From Podarcis filfolensis (Eukaryota): a DNA stretch of 64,000 nucleotides. The position numbers and the translations under genes are program-made. A model generated the notes under the pieces. The model was not told the origin of the DNA. It saw nothing but the letters and a program-made list of their open reading frames with translations, and searched no databases. Positions 12,806 to 27,110 of this stretch are shown in pieces; positions within the stretch are counted from its first letter, which is position 1; the number at the start of each line of letters is the position of its first letter. The stretch is taken from assembly GCA_964270895.1 (NCBI GenBank), contig OZ185439.1. One strand, given 5' to 3'.

Positions 12806-14247
12806 AATGGCAGATTATATTTCACAGATCAGACAATAGGGTTCAAGTCCAGTGCATAGTCCATTCCTCTAACTTACTTAGATCTCCTCCTTTTCTCTAT
12901 ATTCTGCTGTTGGATTTATAGGTTCACTCTGAAGGCAACAAAACAGTGATAGAGCTACACATTCATCCCTACTGCCCTCCCCCATATGTTTAATTGTAAC
13001 ACATACAAAAGGCTCTAATTTTGTCCCCCTCACCTCCTCTTCTGCCCCTAATCCCCACCGATGACCTTGTGTTCTTCAACAGTGTCCTATTTACCGACCT
13101 TCATTTCTTACAAGTCACGTTTCATTTCCATATATTTAATAACTCTATTCTTGAGTGTCTGGATTAACGCAACAAGCCAAGAGCCTTGCTGAGATTAAAG
13201 GTCCTCTAATAATTGGATAACATGTCCTGAGCTATCGCATTCCAAGTCTACAAGCATAGTGCAGAAATGAAAACTACCATTTTGTATTCTGAGCAATATC
13301 CGCTAGCAATATAAAAAAACTGGAAAATAATTGCCTGGGCTATGCTAAACCAAGATATCTTTCCTGTTCCTTTGACAAAGATATCAGTCATTCCAACTCG
13401 AAACACTTATAACCCTGCCATCTGCATGACTATATCTGTTGCATTTGGAAGCGATAGTACTCAATCAACATGCAAGGAATTTGCTTGCTACCAAAATGGG
13501 GGGTTTTCTCAGCAGTGCGGCAGAGTGAGAGGAGGAACTGTACCTAGCAATTCCTTGCTTATGTCTAACTCTTGCAGCCAATCCAAACTATGTCAGTACA
13601 TCTGACTGGGTTCAGTGGGGCATACTTCCCAGTACGATTGTAGCCTCTCAAGCACAGAAGACTTTTATCAAGTCTCGTTACAAGACAGAGATTTCACATA
13701 CCAGCAAAAAAGGGGGGGCTCTGAAACTCTCAGCATTTATTTGTCGGGGGGGTGACAATATCAACAATGAAAAGATCGGACAGCTTGAAACTAGACAGCT
13801 GAAAAGAGAAAGCTGAATGGAAAAGAAAGGAACAAAGAAAGTGCAAAGGTCAAAAGAGAGGAGCAGAAAAATAAGGGAACTGTGATCTCCCTTCCTTTTG
13901 TTCCCTGTGGTAGAGATGAACCTTAAAAAGCCCCAGCAGCAGACAATTAAACAGCTTGGTGCCTCTTCGCATTGTACGAAGCATGAAGAAAAATGCAGGT
14001 CTTATTGGTGACCTGAACCAAGATTTGAAGTGAGGGCTTGATTCTTAGCATTTACAAATTTCACAGCAGCCATGAAACTTCTGCATGAAAGGTTTTGTTC
14101 CTAAGGATTTGGGTAACATGAGTAATTATCCAATCATCATTATTCCCCTCCTCCAGACTCTCATGCAATCTGAAATACAAGTACATAGAACTGAAGGAGG
14201 AAGTTCTAAAAACTTGTTCTCTCCTGCCCAAAGGACAGAAAAAGTTC

Positions 14248-14511
14248 CAGTGGAGGCTGTTCCACTAGGGTGAATGGGGCACTTCCTCGCCACCTCAGTC
14301 TGCCCTCAGACAACCCTCACCTGCTTATCTTCTTACTTATGACCAGCCCAGAGAATGGCACTGGCCTTCCCCTCCTTAGTCTCAGGGTTGCCATTGTAGA
14401 ACTCAACAAGGAGGACGGGGACAAAACTAGATTAATTTTGTCTGTCATTGGCTCTGGCTCCATTGACTGTTGGACATCCTTACCAGATCCAATGGGCACC
14501 AGCCTCCATTG
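14248..14511. mobile_element. hAT-like non-autonomous element
   Basis: TIRs CAGTGGAGGCTG / CAGCCTCCATTG; flanks AAAAGTTC / ACTAGTTC (6/8); related copy at 58935-59386. Confidence 0.65.
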
Positions 14512-16565
14512 ACTAGTTCTAATGGGCTAAAATTACAAAATGGTAAATTTCAGATGAACGGTAGGATGAACTTACTGATAATGAGCAGTCTGACAATGGT
14601 TCCAGTAGGCCAGAAGATTGATTGATTGGCTCTCCCTCATCAGAGGCCTTCAGTCAGAGCTTGGACAGCTATCTTTGGGGGATTCTTTAGCTCTGGATTT
14701 CCTCCACTGCGCAGAGCATTGGACTAGATGGCTAAACAGAGGTATCATAATTCTATGTAAGCTCTCTCTTGGTTTGACTGAAGTAAGACTGGAAATGGAG
14801 GGCCAATGGATACATGAAGCTTTTCGGAAAGGCAAACAGAAGCTATGGGAGCAGGCTGACCAGGCTCAAAACTCACACAAAAAATGTTGCTGTCCCGCTC
14901 AGTCCAAAGCTGCACTTGCACCAGGAGGGAATTCCACCCAGAGAAAATTATAATCTTGTGGCCCCACATTTATCCCATTGGCCCATTGTCCATTGGCCCT
15001 AGAATCAAGAGGAAGAAAAAGAACACGTCTTTGAAGACGTAAGCTATCATGAGCTTACCCAACTCAAATGAAACAACAAATTCAGTGGAAGAATGGCAGT
15101 CTTGTTGGTATTGTTTAGCTCTACTTATCCTTTTCAAAGGCAAGAAACATCCTGTATTGTTTTGATAGGACATAGGCTTATCATTCTGAACAGTTAAATG
15201 GGGTCTGGGTTGCTCCGATTGTGCATCTCATCCAATCAGGGCTTTGTTTTGACAACAGTGTCACCAACAATGTTATCTTCCAACATTATCTTCAGCACCT
15301 AGAAAGGCTTTAAAATGAATTGGACATCTGTGGCATTGAATTCGGTGGTGATCTGCATAACAATAGCCACACTCTGACAATAATATAGTAGTAGAATAAT
15401 TCTCATTCCTGGTGCATCATCGATAAGGAAATAGCTTCACTAACTACTGCTTGAAGTTTACAAAGAACCTTCGGCTGCTGACTGCATTTCAACAGCGTTG
15501 AAGAGAAAGAGCCACACTGTGACACTTCATTGAATCTTCATTTAATTAGTACTGAAAGAAGAGGTTGCAATTTCTCATGGATTTGAAAATTCCTGTTGAA
15601 AATTATGAAAAAGAAGATTGAAATCTACTTTGAAGTTAGGGAAGAGAGCCTCAGGCACTCCAAGTGCACAGGGGGGGGAAAGAAGTTACTGTACACATAC
15701 ATACACAAAACACACACACACACACACAGTTTTTTGTTGCTGTACCTGTCTAAAACATAAGTTGGCATCACTCTATTTGGGGAAACTATGATAATGCTAG
15801 GGTGATTCAGACATAATACCATATTATAGTTTGGATTTACATCGGGGTGAGGGAACTACGGACACTGCTGGACACCACTTCCCATCATTCCCAGTCAGCA
15901 TGCCCAATGGTCAGAGATTATGGAAATTGTAGTTCAAGAACATCTCGAGGGCCACAGGTTAGCCATCTGTGCCCTACACAAATGAATCTTGAGTGCCTTG
16001 AGTTCACACATCCCCTCCTCTCCCTTCACATGGCAAAACTCTCCTTCTGTTTCATGTTTGTGGCAAGCATTCTGTCCCATTCCATCCAAACTGGGAAACT
16101 ATGTCTTGTTCTTTCCTGAAAACCAAGCTACATAAGTGCGGACTGTTATTTGCCCTTTCAGACCAAATGACAATCTATGGTTTTCTAGAAACAAACATCT
16201 GAACTGTTGTGCATGTGGGAGAGAACCTGCAACCCCAAGCCTCCTCAACCAAACAACATCAATCATCAGTCTCAGGCTCCCAGGAGCCAGCCTCTGCCCA
16301 GGTGCAGCAAATGGATAGTCCCATAAGGCTTTCAGACTGTGCATTCAGTGCTTACACATAGATGGATGGAGGCAGCAGTGATAGGATCTGCCTTTCTTCT
16401 ATGGCTTCAGTCAACATGCAGTCTGAATGGTGCTTATATATATATTCACTACAGAATGCATTCCTGCCATAACCCTAAATTGGTCAACCTTAGCCATGTT
16501 TTATTTTTCTTGTTTTGAATTTCATAATTAAAAATAAATAAATCTAGAGTTTTGTAAGTCACCCT

Positions 16566-16566
<1 letters not shown>

Positions 16567-16604
<38 letters not shown>
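16567..16604. repeat. (GT)19 microsatellite
   Basis: Read directly. Confidence 0.95.
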
Positions 16605-16607
<3 letters not shown>

Positions 16608-17423
16608 TGAAGGACAGGATGAAAATTAATTATTAATATTTGGAAGTATGTCCCATTGATTTCAATGGACTTTTTTTCCAAATTAAAGAACTAGATCGTT
16701 AGGATCCCATGGCAAAAGAGAGCCCAGCATTCTAGATGGACTCCTAGCATGTAGCCTCCCTGCATTACTAAATACAGGAAGACAATGAACATCTTATCCT
16801 TCCTGCCTAATATGGGTCACTGCGACATAATTTCACTAGCATTTATGAGAAACTCATAAATAAATCAATGAGCATCTGAGATGACAAATGTATTTGTAAA
16901 TTGTTTCTGCTACAGGAAACGTTCCTGTATCAGATGAATGGGTGTGTTGATATTTTGTTTCTGAGGTTACTTTTTGGATGAACACATTTAGTATATTTAT
17001 ATTGTTCTGATGGATACTTTACTACAGACAGACAGACCTGCTCCCTGCCTTGCAGGCCTTCCCCCATCTGGCCTGGGAGGACAAGACCCTGACTGACTCC
17101 AGCTACAAAAACCAAGGCTGCTGAACAGACTCTTGGGCTGCAGTTATTGTTTGGTGATGGGAGGCTGTTGCTGCTGTTGGGTTTTTTTGTATCTTTATTT
17201 TCAGATCATATTATGATTTAATGGGGAAATTGTTGATTCCGTTGTGCACTGCTTGATGTGTTTTATTTATTAGATTAGAGCCATGGAATTGCAGGGTTTC
17301 ATGTTGTGAGCCACCTTCATGGTATGTTATTGTACATCACTTCCAAGACTCATTTTGGCTATGTGAAGTGATGAATAAATACAATAAACTAAACCAACAA
17401 AACCTACAGCATCACTACCTACT

Positions 17424-17556
17424 TCTGGCCACATGACCCGGAAGCTATCTATGGACAAATGGCAGCTCCCTCAGCCTATATAGCAAGATGAGCGTGCAAC
17501 CCCAAAGTCGTCCACAACTGGACCTAACGGTCAGGGCTACCTTTACCTTTTACCTT
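17424..17556 (+). mobile_element. Sauria SINE 3' fragment
   Basis: TGGCCACATGACCCGGAAGCT...GGACCTAACGGTCAGG followed by an ACCTTT tail. Confidence 0.85.
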
Positions 17557-18447
17557 GTTGTTCACTAACATGAGAAGACTTTTGTCCACCGAAAGCAGAG
17601 TATAAATATTTAAAATAAATAAAAATTCATTGGGGCTTATCTCCAAGAAAATGTAAATGTTCCTTATAACTAAGCAGTTGCACCACCACCGCTGCACTAC
17701 TCACTGTGGACACAGCTAAGGATTATTCCAGGTTTCCACTGCTTCTTACAAAAAACTTACCTTAGGTTCCATAATTAGCATTCTTCTTGTCATAGAATGT
17801 GATGGCAAAAAAATAGCCAAGCTGTTCCCTTCTTTCATGTGGGGGAAAAAGCCCCTATAATTCATGGAATCTTTTGATTTCCTGGCAGGCGCATAGGTCA
17901 TTCTTGCTTATCTTTGAACGAAAATGGGTATTGAAGTTTCCCCCAAAAAACCTGCAAGGCAGTCCCTATTGCTTTGCTGCTCAAAGAGACTTCACTGCTC
18001 ATCAAAGGATGTTTCTAGGCAACCATCTTTAGACTTGTGAACCCCAGAGTCCAGTTTGTTTGTTTTTTTAAACATGCACTGAATGTGTCTTTTAGAAACA
18101 GAACAAGGAAAAACAAAGGTGGGCAGCAGTGGAAGGGAGCTTTAATGTAAACCATAATAAGATTTCAAAGCAGTTTCCAAGTTCCCATTAAACATTTCTG
18201 TCAAGTCATTTCTTTGAAACTCCATTACCTGAACTCTCTGCAGCCTCAGTGCTTATATTTACCCAAACACACATACATATGTTTTAAATGTTCCCCATGC
18301 CTTTCAGATAATTGCATATCCTCCAAGCGTGCCAATTTCCCAGTGACAATCCTGGAATTACAGATGCTGTCCCAGTTTCTGATTTGATCCCATAATGTCC
18401 CAGTTTTCCTTTTTCGTCCCCTCCATGTCTCGGAGAACAATTAAAAG

Positions 18448-18448
<1 letters not shown>

Positions 18449-18488
<40 letters not shown>
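18449..18488. repeat. (TG)20 microsatellite
   Basis: Read directly. Confidence 0.95.
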
Positions 18489-18491
<3 letters not shown>

Positions 18492-18870
18492 GTGCAAAAG
18501 CAGAGTCATGTTTATACTGAAAATAAAATACCTGCACCAAATGAAGTGAATTGTGAAGCTGGCATACAAAGCCTTTCCTATAATTTTGAAGGAAAATGTC
18601 ACCAATCCACTTTAAATTCTTTAATTGCATTTCTTTAATTGCAATTCTCTAACTGCAAATCTTTAATAAACTGCCAGCATTTTTTAAAGGAAATACATGG
18701 AGTTTTTATTCCTTTATTGTAAATCGAGACTTATAATGTCTACTCAGAACTACGTCCCACTGTATTCAATGAAGTTTACTCCCTGGTAACTGAGTAAAGA
18801 CTGGGCAGCCTTACACTGCAATCCTAAGCATTCTTACTCAGAACTGAGTCCCACTGAGTTCAATAGGATT

Positions 18871-19369
18871 CAGAGCCATATTTCCCATTGGTCTTAGTGG
18901 TTTGTTGTGCCAGGGCGCTGGCTTCTCAGGGGCGCCCTAGCTAGTGGGCGAGCTGTGTGGCTTTGCCAGCAGCCTCCCCTTTCCCTGCATGCCCACCAGC
19001 TGTGCCCCGCCAACTATATGGCGGGCGGGCAGCTTCCTTCCCAAGCCCCTGCGGGAGGATCGCCGCAACTTCCCTCCCAAGCCTCTGCATCTGCTAAAGA
19101 TGGCCCTGCTCCTGGTCGTTGTCTTCCTCCTGCTTCCTGGTGAAAGGTGGCGCGCAGCCTTCCCAGGCTGCCTTCTTGGGCGCCCCGACACCAGAGAGCT
19201 TGTCTGCCAGCACGTTTTCCTGCTTGATTGCCACCGCCACGCTGGGGATCGGGGCGGTGGGGGAGGCAGAGGACATTTTCCACACACCCTCCCTTGTTTT
19301 GGAGTTGGCAGGGGGGGACGTCGGAGGGATCTTTGCACCACGGCGCCGGATATGCTTAAGACGGCCCTG
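18871..19369. mobile_element. GC/CpG-rich non-autonomous hAT element
   Basis: Perfect 8-bp TSD ATAGGATT (18863-70, 19370-77); termini CAGAGCC... / ...CGGCCCTG. Confidence 0.8.
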
Positions 19370-19639
19370 ATAGGATTTGTTCTCTGGTACGTTCCTGATC
19401 ATTCTCTCAGTTGTTGTTGTTGTTGTTACATCCCACTTTTTCCCTGACAGGGACTCAAGGCAGCTTACAGCTAAAAATGATTTCATTAATCTGTGGGAGG
19501 TGTTGCACACGATCCCTTGCCTCACACATTCCCATGAGGTAAGTGAGGTGGAGAGGTTGTAATTGGCTCAGTGTGACCAACCTATATGTGTATATGACAT
19601 CCATGTGTGCGGCTAAATCAAACGTGGCAGAAGCTTCCT

Positions 19640-20218
19640 TTTTTATATAATTACTTTTTTATTCAAAATTAAAACAAAATATATTATCCAGAAACATATC
19701 ATCCTTATTTCCTCCCTTTTTTCCTCCCTCCCGGTGTTGTGTATTGAGTCAAAGGATTTTATATCTGTATTATTGTCTGTATTTGCATTAGGGTAAAGTA
19801 ACTGCCTTTTGGTTCCAGAGGGTACAGCTACTATTGGTTCATTTAAGCTGCTGTATTTGGATCCTCTGTCTTATTGGTTTCCTCCAAAAGGCAGGACTGT
19901 GATTGCCTGATATTGTTCCCTCCAAAATGTATCCTTTCTAGCTAGTTTCCTGTCCCTATAAATGTAGCTCTCCCCTCCTCAGTTCTCAGTCTTGTTTGCT
20001 TTAATAAAGAAGTGTTACTACAGAACTGTCTCCAGCATATTATGTCAAGAGAGCTGAAATCACAAACCCCACGTCACAACACCCCCCACAGAACCAACCC
20101 ACCCCCACCCCCGACTTCCCTCAGTTCCAGTCTTTGATCTCTCTAAAAATGCTGTTTTCTGCATGTTGCACAGTTGTATAGATCCTCAAACTATTTAAGT
20201 AATAATTATCAATAAAAA
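19640..20218 (-). mobile_element. L1-like non-LTR retroelement 3' end with 16-bp TSD
   Basis: GTGGCAGAAGCTTCCT at 19624-39 and 20219-34; on minus, AATAAA then an A-rich tail; G-rich tract typical of L1 3' UTRs. Confidence 0.7.
19735..20081 (+). mobile_element. Probable solo LTR nested in the L1-like fragment
   Basis: TGTTGTG...CACAACA inverted termini (TG...CA); internal TATAAA (about 19957) followed by AATAAA (about 20003). TSD not clean. Confidence 0.6.
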
Positions 20219-23200
20219 GTGGCAGAAGCTTCCTGATGTAGAATAGGATGTCCCCATTTTCATCTGGAAAAGGTTGGAGGGTAGGTAATTGGGCTGCACT
20301 CAGCTGAACTGAGCATTGCTTTCAAGGGACTGTCTTTAATGTGCCTCGTATTTAAGGTGCTCTCTTGCATCAACAACATTTATTAACTGCAGAAAGAGAG
20401 TAAGCTTGTGATGCCGGGAAATATTGCAGAAAACAATGACTAGGTGAGACAAGTTTAGCACAGGATACTAACACAGCAATTACAGCTATATCACCTGCTC
20501 CTGCAGTCATTATTCTGTCTTGATTGTAAATTGTTGTTTCTATATCCCAGTGGCGGGTAATTAGAGACTGTATAGCCAACTATTATTGGAATTCTATTTT
20601 TGGTGGTTGTAATAATTGCTGAGTACAATCTGAAGTTTTACTGGAACTGAGCTTTCAGCGGCCCCATCTAATTTCCAAAATCTGTGTCTCTGCCAGGTGA
20701 GATAAAAGGGAACGGGACAAAGATGTTAAGTCTATAATTCTACTTGTCCAAAGATGCTCAATGTAAATAATGTATAAACAATGGTATTAATGCTACGTAA
20801 GTAGTCATCTCCTTCCTGCCTAATAGCAATATATTGTAGGCTTGGAGCTGATACAGATTTATTTGCAAGGACAATTGCCATCTCAAGCTAAGGGTTAGTA
20901 AAACGAAGCACATGGAGATGAGATGAGAAATATTTACATGTCTCATTGGACATTTCCTGACAATCCGTTTATTGAGCATTCATCCTCCTAATTAGTTTGC
21001 TGGGAGATGAGAAAATGCTGGTTATGTAATAAGCACTTGTTCAGATTTGTTTGCAGGGAGGTTACAACAAAGCAAACGTTATTCCACACTTTCCAGTGCA
21101 TTTCCCCTTCACTTTCCTTACTGCAAAAAAGCTTGGTCCTTTGGGGACGCAGGTTTGTAGTGCAAGACCTCCCAGCATACTATAATTGTGCAACCTGAAT
21201 TTTGCTGGTATGTGATGCAATCCCATCTGAGAACAGTGACAGTATTGAAGTGCCTGTTGTTCATTTCTACGGCACCAGCAATGTGTATGGCAATTTAAAG
21301 AATATCATAAGCAAACATTAAAAAGTCAGCTCTCTGCCCCAAGTAGATTAAAATCTAAATTTCGACAACAGGGAAAAAGCAGAGGGTTGTATCTGACAAT
21401 GTTCTACTCAGAGTAGGTTAGTCATGTTTATTAACTTCAATGGATAGGCTCTGAGTAAGACTAGTATTGGCTGCAACCTGGAGGAAACGGAGAGCCAGGG
21501 GGATCAGGTAATACATATCTGCAAATGAAGCTACATGGGCTGAACTGTAATGTTACAACAGGCATCACTTTACCTGATGCTGCACCATCCCTAGAAGAGC
21601 CCTGTTACCTAGTGGATATGACACCATGGTGCTGTCTGTGTCCTTGTAATATGTGAGCATGACAGATCACACAAGAAATCGCCAGAGACAGCCAAACCTA
21701 ATCCTCTTCTTTAACAAGCAAAGCACCACAATAGATTAAGGTATCTAGAAAAATAACCATGACAACTTAAGCAAACCCCAATTTTAAGCAGCATTTAAAG
21801 GTTAGAACTGTGCCCTAAGATCTTGGATAATTGCTTTATTTAAAACAGCACAAAAATATAATTGCACTTATTAACACAAGGGTTGAGTGCTACAGTTAGA
21901 TGTACACGATTTGTGACTTGTGACATTTTGTGACATTAGAAGTAAACATTTTATGACTTACAGCATTTTGTGAAATCATCATGCAATTTTTTAAAAAGAG
22001 GGGGGAAACCTTTCAAAGCACCATCTTGACCTATCTCTTGATACATTTTTTTGTTTTGGAGCTGCTGAAGACTTGATTGCAAGATAACTTTATTTATTTT
22101 ATTACCATTTTGCTTTTGTCCTGGCCACATGATGGCCGCATACTTCTTTGGCATATGATCAGCTTTTTAATTTATATGGATACTCCAGTTGATAGAACGA
22201 TTGAACATAGCGCATAGATTTCAGTTTCCTAAAGGCAGAAGTCATACTGTGGCCTACACAGTTATTTAGCTCTTATCAGAAGTTTCCAGATAGCTCCTTA
22301 ACAGCAGAGCTTCATTCTATGTCATCCTTTCCAGAGGGTTACTCTGCATTGTGGACCAGTACAGTCAAATAATTTGCCCATGGCAGATTTTCATAAAGGT
22401 TTCCGGGATCCTGAAACCTTAACTACAGCAGTATTTAAGAGGTTGCAGCTATGGAGAAGAAATAATACAGCATTAAATAAACAGTGCCACTAGTTGGACA
22501 GCTTCAAACAAATTGGTGCTCAGATAAGCTAAAGTTATAAATAAAAGCCGTCTTACACTGCCTGGCAACAGAAAGTCCTCCTACAAGGGTCGCAATCTGC
22601 CAGTGCCATTTGCGCAATCATGCCTCTCTCTTTTTGAAGCGAGTGCACAGAGGTAGATGACAAATTATACATTAAAGACATACATACTTCAGGGAATGCT
22701 ACTGAGGCAGTGTCTGCTGCGAAGTGGCAGCTGAGTAAGATGTTACCAGGGTATTTCTCAGTCAGAGCTACTGACAGTGTCATATTGTCCAGAAAATCCC
22801 ATCGTGGGTGATATGTCAAATGCACAGAGAAGTGGAACAACAGCTTTTGTTATTACACACGAGGGAACAAAGTCGGAGAAAGAGTGCTTGAAACCACGCT
22901 CTGCCCTTGGGATCTGGGAAGGGATCTTGCACTACGAATGTAAACATAAAGGTTTAAGATTCATGCTTAGCAATATTTATACAGTGCTCAAGAGCCACTG
23001 GCTGAGAAGCCATAGGAATTGGTGGAAGTCTTGCGATGCTGGCAGATCACCAGATATGCATCCAACATGAAAGAGATGTCAAGGAAACATCCCAGAAACA
23101 CTCGTTCTGCTGACAGAATGCCTGAAGCAGGATGGAGTCTGGGGAGGGATAGGGGTGACATAGAGAAGGAGAAAATGGGCTTAGCACCCTATCCCCTTCA

Positions 23201-26200
23201 GTCCACAGCCACCCAAAATTTGGTGGTGTAAGGCTCAGGTGCAAATAATTTCTGTTCCATTGAATTCAATTACAGTGGTTTTAAAATAAATAGTCATTGC
23301 TATGCCAACCACCACCTTTCTGGTATTGCCCCAACAGAGCACAGGATCTGGTATAGCTCAGTGCTCAATCAAAGCACACCATCCCCAGTATTTAATGCTG
23401 GACATGGAAACCAAACTCAGAAGACTGGGCATGTGGCAAGAGGCAGTATCTCTCTAGCCTCATGCTTTGCAGACATAGAGCTCTTAAAGGGGTACTTTGA
23501 TAAGGGGAAACAGAGACTCTGGGTGCTCTGCACACAAAGGAAGCACTTTCTAGAAAACAACCTGGCCTCGGAAGACACACGGGATGGGAACTTGAGTGCT
23601 CATTTGCCTAGATCCCTCACAGGCACCTTGCCTTGGAGCCTCAGATGCAAACACCCAGCCCCACTCCATTTGAGCAACTGTTTGTGGCCTCTATGATGGT
23701 TTTTGATCCTCTCAGTTGCATGTAGCCCTCAAGCGTAAGGATATTCGTAGCTCAACCAACCCCTTAGGTTGAAGCTTGAGTACTCAAGTGGCACCACTCC
23801 CTACTTTGAGACTCTGGAGATTGAACCTGAGATCTTCTGCATTTGAGGCATGTGGTCTACCACCCATCTATACCATATGGAGAGGGAGAATCACTGGTGG
23901 CGTTTTCTGCGACAGTTCAGTCTTGGCATCCTAAGGCATCCCAAGCAGCTCTTGACTAGCCTCCCCCACTCCAGGCCAGACATTTCCCATTTCCCTACAG
24001 CTTTTCGACTGCTGGATGTGCAAAGAACACAGCCATGCGGATTTCAGGCTATAAACTGTAAACAGCTCAAACATCAAGCTCACAGAGGGATGTGTAACCT
24101 ATCCCTGTGGTGGGTTACATAAACTGATATGTTTTAAATTATACATGTGTATACAGCAGGCTGAGTTGGCTTATTTGATAACAAAACCTCGGCTGCTGAG
24201 AACCACACTGTAAATCTAAAATCCAAAGATTTGCTCTGTCCTCTGAACACCTCTGTTGTGTAGAATCGTGGGATCTGGCATTTCTGTTAACAATATATTG
24301 GTTAAGAAGAGAGCAACTAAAGGTTCTTTCCCATTCCATCCATCCATCCCCAGAGCTACTGCTGACAATTCACAATATTTTTAAAGCCATAGCACTCTCA
24401 TATCCTTCTTAACATCTCTCTCATGTGAAGCCCTATCCACTGCAGTTTGCTGTGTCTCTGGTTTACCGTCAGTGTGCAACTGCTCCATCTGCTAGCTGCC
24501 AAAGACAGAGTTTGGTTACAGGTGGTTGGCTCTGAGAGCTGCACCTCTACTGCATCCAGATGGCTTGTTGGCTGCTTTTATGTAAAGCAAGTTGTGGATG
24601 TGAAATGGAACAACGTCCTCAAAGATTAAGGGAAACAGGCAACATCAAATGTTTCGGCTCTGTCTCCTGACAACCAGATAGCCGTAAGAGCAATTGGTGA
24701 ACACTTAGCATTGTTCACATAGGTCTTGTTTAGCTGTTATACTCAGGAGTAAGACCAACACATGACTGAGGCTTCCTTGACGTCAAGCATATTTATGGTG
24801 AGCACTAGGTTGGCAAAGGTTGGAGTTAGGTATATTTAATCAGTTTTTATGTACATCTTTTTTAAATATGTGAATTCTATTTGGCTTTTATAGTTCCATG
24901 TTTGTTTCAATGGTTAGCACTTGCTCTGTGTTTCAGAAATGAGGCAAGACAGAAATAGAAATAAATAAATCTGACCCCGCCACCCACATGAGATATTTTA
25001 TCTCAGGGGTCCCAAACTGAGAGTTTCATTCAGGTAGTCTGAGGCATATTTGTGAAAGATACTTATTTGAATATGAATTTGACATAATTTGAGGGAATGC
25101 AGCTTCCAAGACAATGAAATACAATACAAGAAATAAAAGAAGCATTAAAAATATAATTTAAAATTAAGTATCATGGATTACACATGGATTTCAGCATCCA
25201 AAAGGCAGAAGTGATACTGTGGCCTATAAAGTTCATTAGCTCAGAAGTTTCTAGAGAAAAAAACATTAAGCGGTCTCTCATCAAAGGCCCATGGGAGATG
25301 GGAGGCAGTTTGGGAACCACTGTTTTAGCTAAAATTCTCCTTTTCACCTTATATAGGAACTGGAGAAGCAAAAAGAGGGAAATGCTACCATTGGATAACT
25401 GTTTAATTCATAGCATGCAAAAATCCAAGCCGACTACAAAGATGAGAGACAATGGAATAGTGTTAGTGAAGGTAGCCCATGTAGGATTTGTTTACCTATC
25501 TCATCCTGAGCCTTCCAGTCCTTTGAAAAAGAAAATTAAAAGCTTACAATCAGATGAAAATGTACATGATGTAAGAAAAGCAACTAAAAAGTAAATCTAA
25601 GCACCACTTATTCTCACTTCACATCTTGTACAAAGCATTCACTGTTCAGGTCAACGAAGAACACCACAAAACAGATTTTAAATGGCTGGCTTTGAAACGC
25701 ATTTATCTATATTTGGGAAACAACATTTCAGAGAAGAAGCCCTGAGAGAGTTGAAAATGCCAAATATTCATCTGCCATAGGAGACAAATATTACCATGGG
25801 TTTTGATGTGACCTGAAGGGCTGGTTCAACTAAGCAGGTAAACTCTTGATTTCCCTACACTTGATGACTCACAAATTGAATGTTTTTCATCTGGGCTGTG
25901 TCACAGACAGCGGTCAGAACTGAGACAGGATCCAGACGTTACAGCAGAGTCAAAGGTCAAGAAAGCTGTTGCCCGAAGTCCCAGACCAAACGGGAAGCCT
26001 TTAAAATATTAATCATACAAAACATCTCGGGGAGGGAAAGGCAAGTGCAAGCTCAGCTATTCAGTTCCCCCAAAGGATGACCACTTTACCCACTTCCTAG
26101 GCCTGAATCCCAAGGACGCAAACACACACTCACAATACCATCTGCCTCAGCACTTGCCCCCAAACCGCAAGAAGCTGAAATGTGGGGAAATGGCTCTTTG

Positions 26201-26940
26201 ACGTCCCCATCCTGCAGGGCAAACGATAAGAGAGGAGGAACCCAGCCACCTCCTCTTATGCCCCTTAGTGGCTCACTGCCCTCCACAACCAAAGCTACAG
26301 AGATGTAGGAATGAGGTGCTGAGCACTGAGGTGAGTCGGGACAGGACTCTGGGGACCCCACTCAGCAACTTGGCCTTTGCCATCTTGATAAAGATGGATG
26401 TTTTCACAAGGCAGCTAAATGTGGTAAAATGATATTTTACCAAGTGAGATAAAGACATCCCTTTCCAGTCCAATTGCAACAGAGCAGCCATCACTCCCCT
26501 CTCTTCCAACGGCTGAAGCACTATCCCTCCCTGGCTTCTGGGATAGTAAAAGCACAAGTCAGGACAAGGAAAGAGACTGGATGTGCCCTACCCTGTATTG
26601 ACTAAACCTCTTGTGATGAAACAGCGAGCGAAATGTGTGTAGTCTCAGGTGGCAAGTGGGAGTTTTCTTTACTTTTATGCAACTGAGCTGCAGACATTCA
26701 GGCTCTCCTGTGCAACACCACTAATGTACCGCAAATGCTCTGGAGGGAGACGTTCGTGGGCTGAGGGAGCAATTAAATTTCCATGTCAGTTAATCTGCGG
26801 CATTCTGCTGAGATTGCTAAGAAAGATTCAGGTCCATGCCAACTTTGTGATGAAACTATGACATTTCAGCTTCAGAACAGAGTGTAGTCATTTCACTCAG
26901 GCCACTGAAAAGTCTGTGTTTTTCACTTTCCCTATTCCTT

Positions 26941-27110
26941 GGGGAAGGGCTGGAGCTCAACAGGAGAGTGCATACTTCCACTGAATGCAAAGAGCCCTGA
27001 GTTCAATCCCTGGCATCTCTAGGTAGGGATGGGAAATACTCCTGTCTGAAACCCCAGAGACCTGCTGCCAGGTAGTATAGCTAATACCAAGTTACATGGA
27101 CCAACTCTTG
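26941..27110 (+). mobile_element. tRNA-headed SINE (Squam2-like, name tentative)
   Basis: B-box GAGTTCAATCCC followed by the body TCCTGTCTGAAACC...TGCTGCCAG; other copies at 27410-27720, 32409-32592 and 57131-57280. Confidence 0.65.

Noticed and set aside
18907-19562. Cluster of overlapping 60-167-aa ORFs
   Set aside because: Expected from the stop-poor, GC-rich hAT insert; no domain similarity or transposase motif.
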